Of a DNA stretch of 64,000 bases, positions 63,081-64,000 are shown one piece after another. Location: contig OZ316891.1 in NCBI GenBank assembly GCA_973895155.1, forward strand, positions 18,213,802 to 18,277,801, read 5' to 3'. A program made the position numbers and the translations under genes. The notes under the pieces are model-generated. The model made no database searches and was not told the origin of the DNA. It saw only the letters and a program-made list of their open reading frames with translations. Positions within the stretch are counted from its first letter, which is position 1; each line of letters begins with the position of its first letter. Origin of the DNA: Marsupella aquatica. Its lineage: Eukaryota; Plantae; Marchantiophyta.

Positions 63081-64000
63081 TCTGAATAGGAAATCTATCT
63101 GGACATGATTGTCAAGTACCTACTGTAGTATAAAATTGAAGAGATGCAATTTTTTGGCGGCTTTCTTATTTTTCACTCGTAACTCCTCAGTAATGGTTAT
63201 GGTGCTTCCAGCTCTGGAAGTTGTTTCTGATTCCATGAATGGTGTATACCTTAGTGTTATAGAATGGTCTACTACGATTATCAGTCCGGGTTCTTCATTG
63301 CTCTCTCCACCACAAGTAGGAAACTAGAGAAAATCAGGCTTAGACTATCTTGTTTTTTTACACATGCAGTTGGCCATAATTCTTGTCCTTGCGATTGTTA
63401 TTTTCGTTGTCAGCCGGTCGGATAATGCCGAAACACTCTGCTGATGGATGCCTCGCCTGGTTAAGTGGCCGGTTGATTATTCTTTGCATAACCATGTACT
63501 AATCACTAAAATAGAAGTTGCTGGTCGGTTCAATGTTCACATGTCCCAAGATGTTTTACAGGATAAGGTGCCCGAAGCCGGTCATGGAACAAGCAAACGA
63601 ACTAGATGTATACAAGCTGAACCTGATGAATTCTGCTGCACAAGCCTTGTCCTGGTAGGCATGGAATTTCTCGAGAGAAACAAAATGTAAACAGAGTGGA
63701 AAAGATCTGGAGAAAGTGAACGAACGGATGAATGAATATATGGATTTGAACTTTTGGGGTCCACTAGAGGCAAATACAATCCCACAAATTACCAACTTGA
63801 CAGGGACCACTTGGCTCTGGAAAGTAACTGGGAACCAAGCAAGATTCCCCGTTTTCAGAAGTGCACATGTAATTGAGCAGCTTAGGTTCACAGTGAGCAG
63901 ATTCCCCGTTTTCATAGTACCCACGTAGTTGAGCATCCTAGGTGCGTAGCTGCAGCTATGACAATTTGTGCCCCAGAAAAGTTGTTGGGACTTCGGTCTC

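Noticed and set aside
63360-64000. Possible further gene (TM-like LAIILVLAIVIFVV exon; ~58-bp repeat at 63839-63945)
   Set aside because: Frames contain stops, no family was recognised, and the region is truncated by the window end.

Overview
Eukaryotic land-plant nuclear DNA with GT-AG introns and moderate GC. The gene style and repeat content suggest a non-seed plant, possibly a liverwort; this is inference and was not verified. Nine protein-coding genes can be reconstructed by eye: a PDF1-like secreted proline-rich protein (+), chloroplast CPP1-like (-), a TDRD3/RMI1-type OB-fold RGG protein (+), NDUFAF7 (-, no CDS introns), a LEA-like protein with a bipartite plastid/thylakoid-lumen signal and ABRE motifs upstream (+), a 13-exon ABHD11-like alpha/beta hydrolase (+), CBP20 (+, no CDS introns), COX10 (-, no CDS introns) and NSA2 (+, 9 exons, the first coding only ATG). 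Intergenic DNA is dense with transposon relics and repeats: a Tc1/mariner-type MITE with perfect 23-bp TIRs and a TA duplication, a PIF/Harbinger Myb-ORF relic, two ~100-bp T-headed retro-insertions with TSDs, dispersed repeat families in both orientations, an 86-bp double-hairpin tandem array, several hairpins and several ~90-140-bp tandem duplications near promoters. The most notable signals are three uninterrupted CDSs of normally intron-rich housekeeping genes, the apparently uncharacterised lumenal LEA-like gene, and the structured repeats. No CRISPR array, rRNA or intact tRNA was seen. All coordinates and splice models were read manually.
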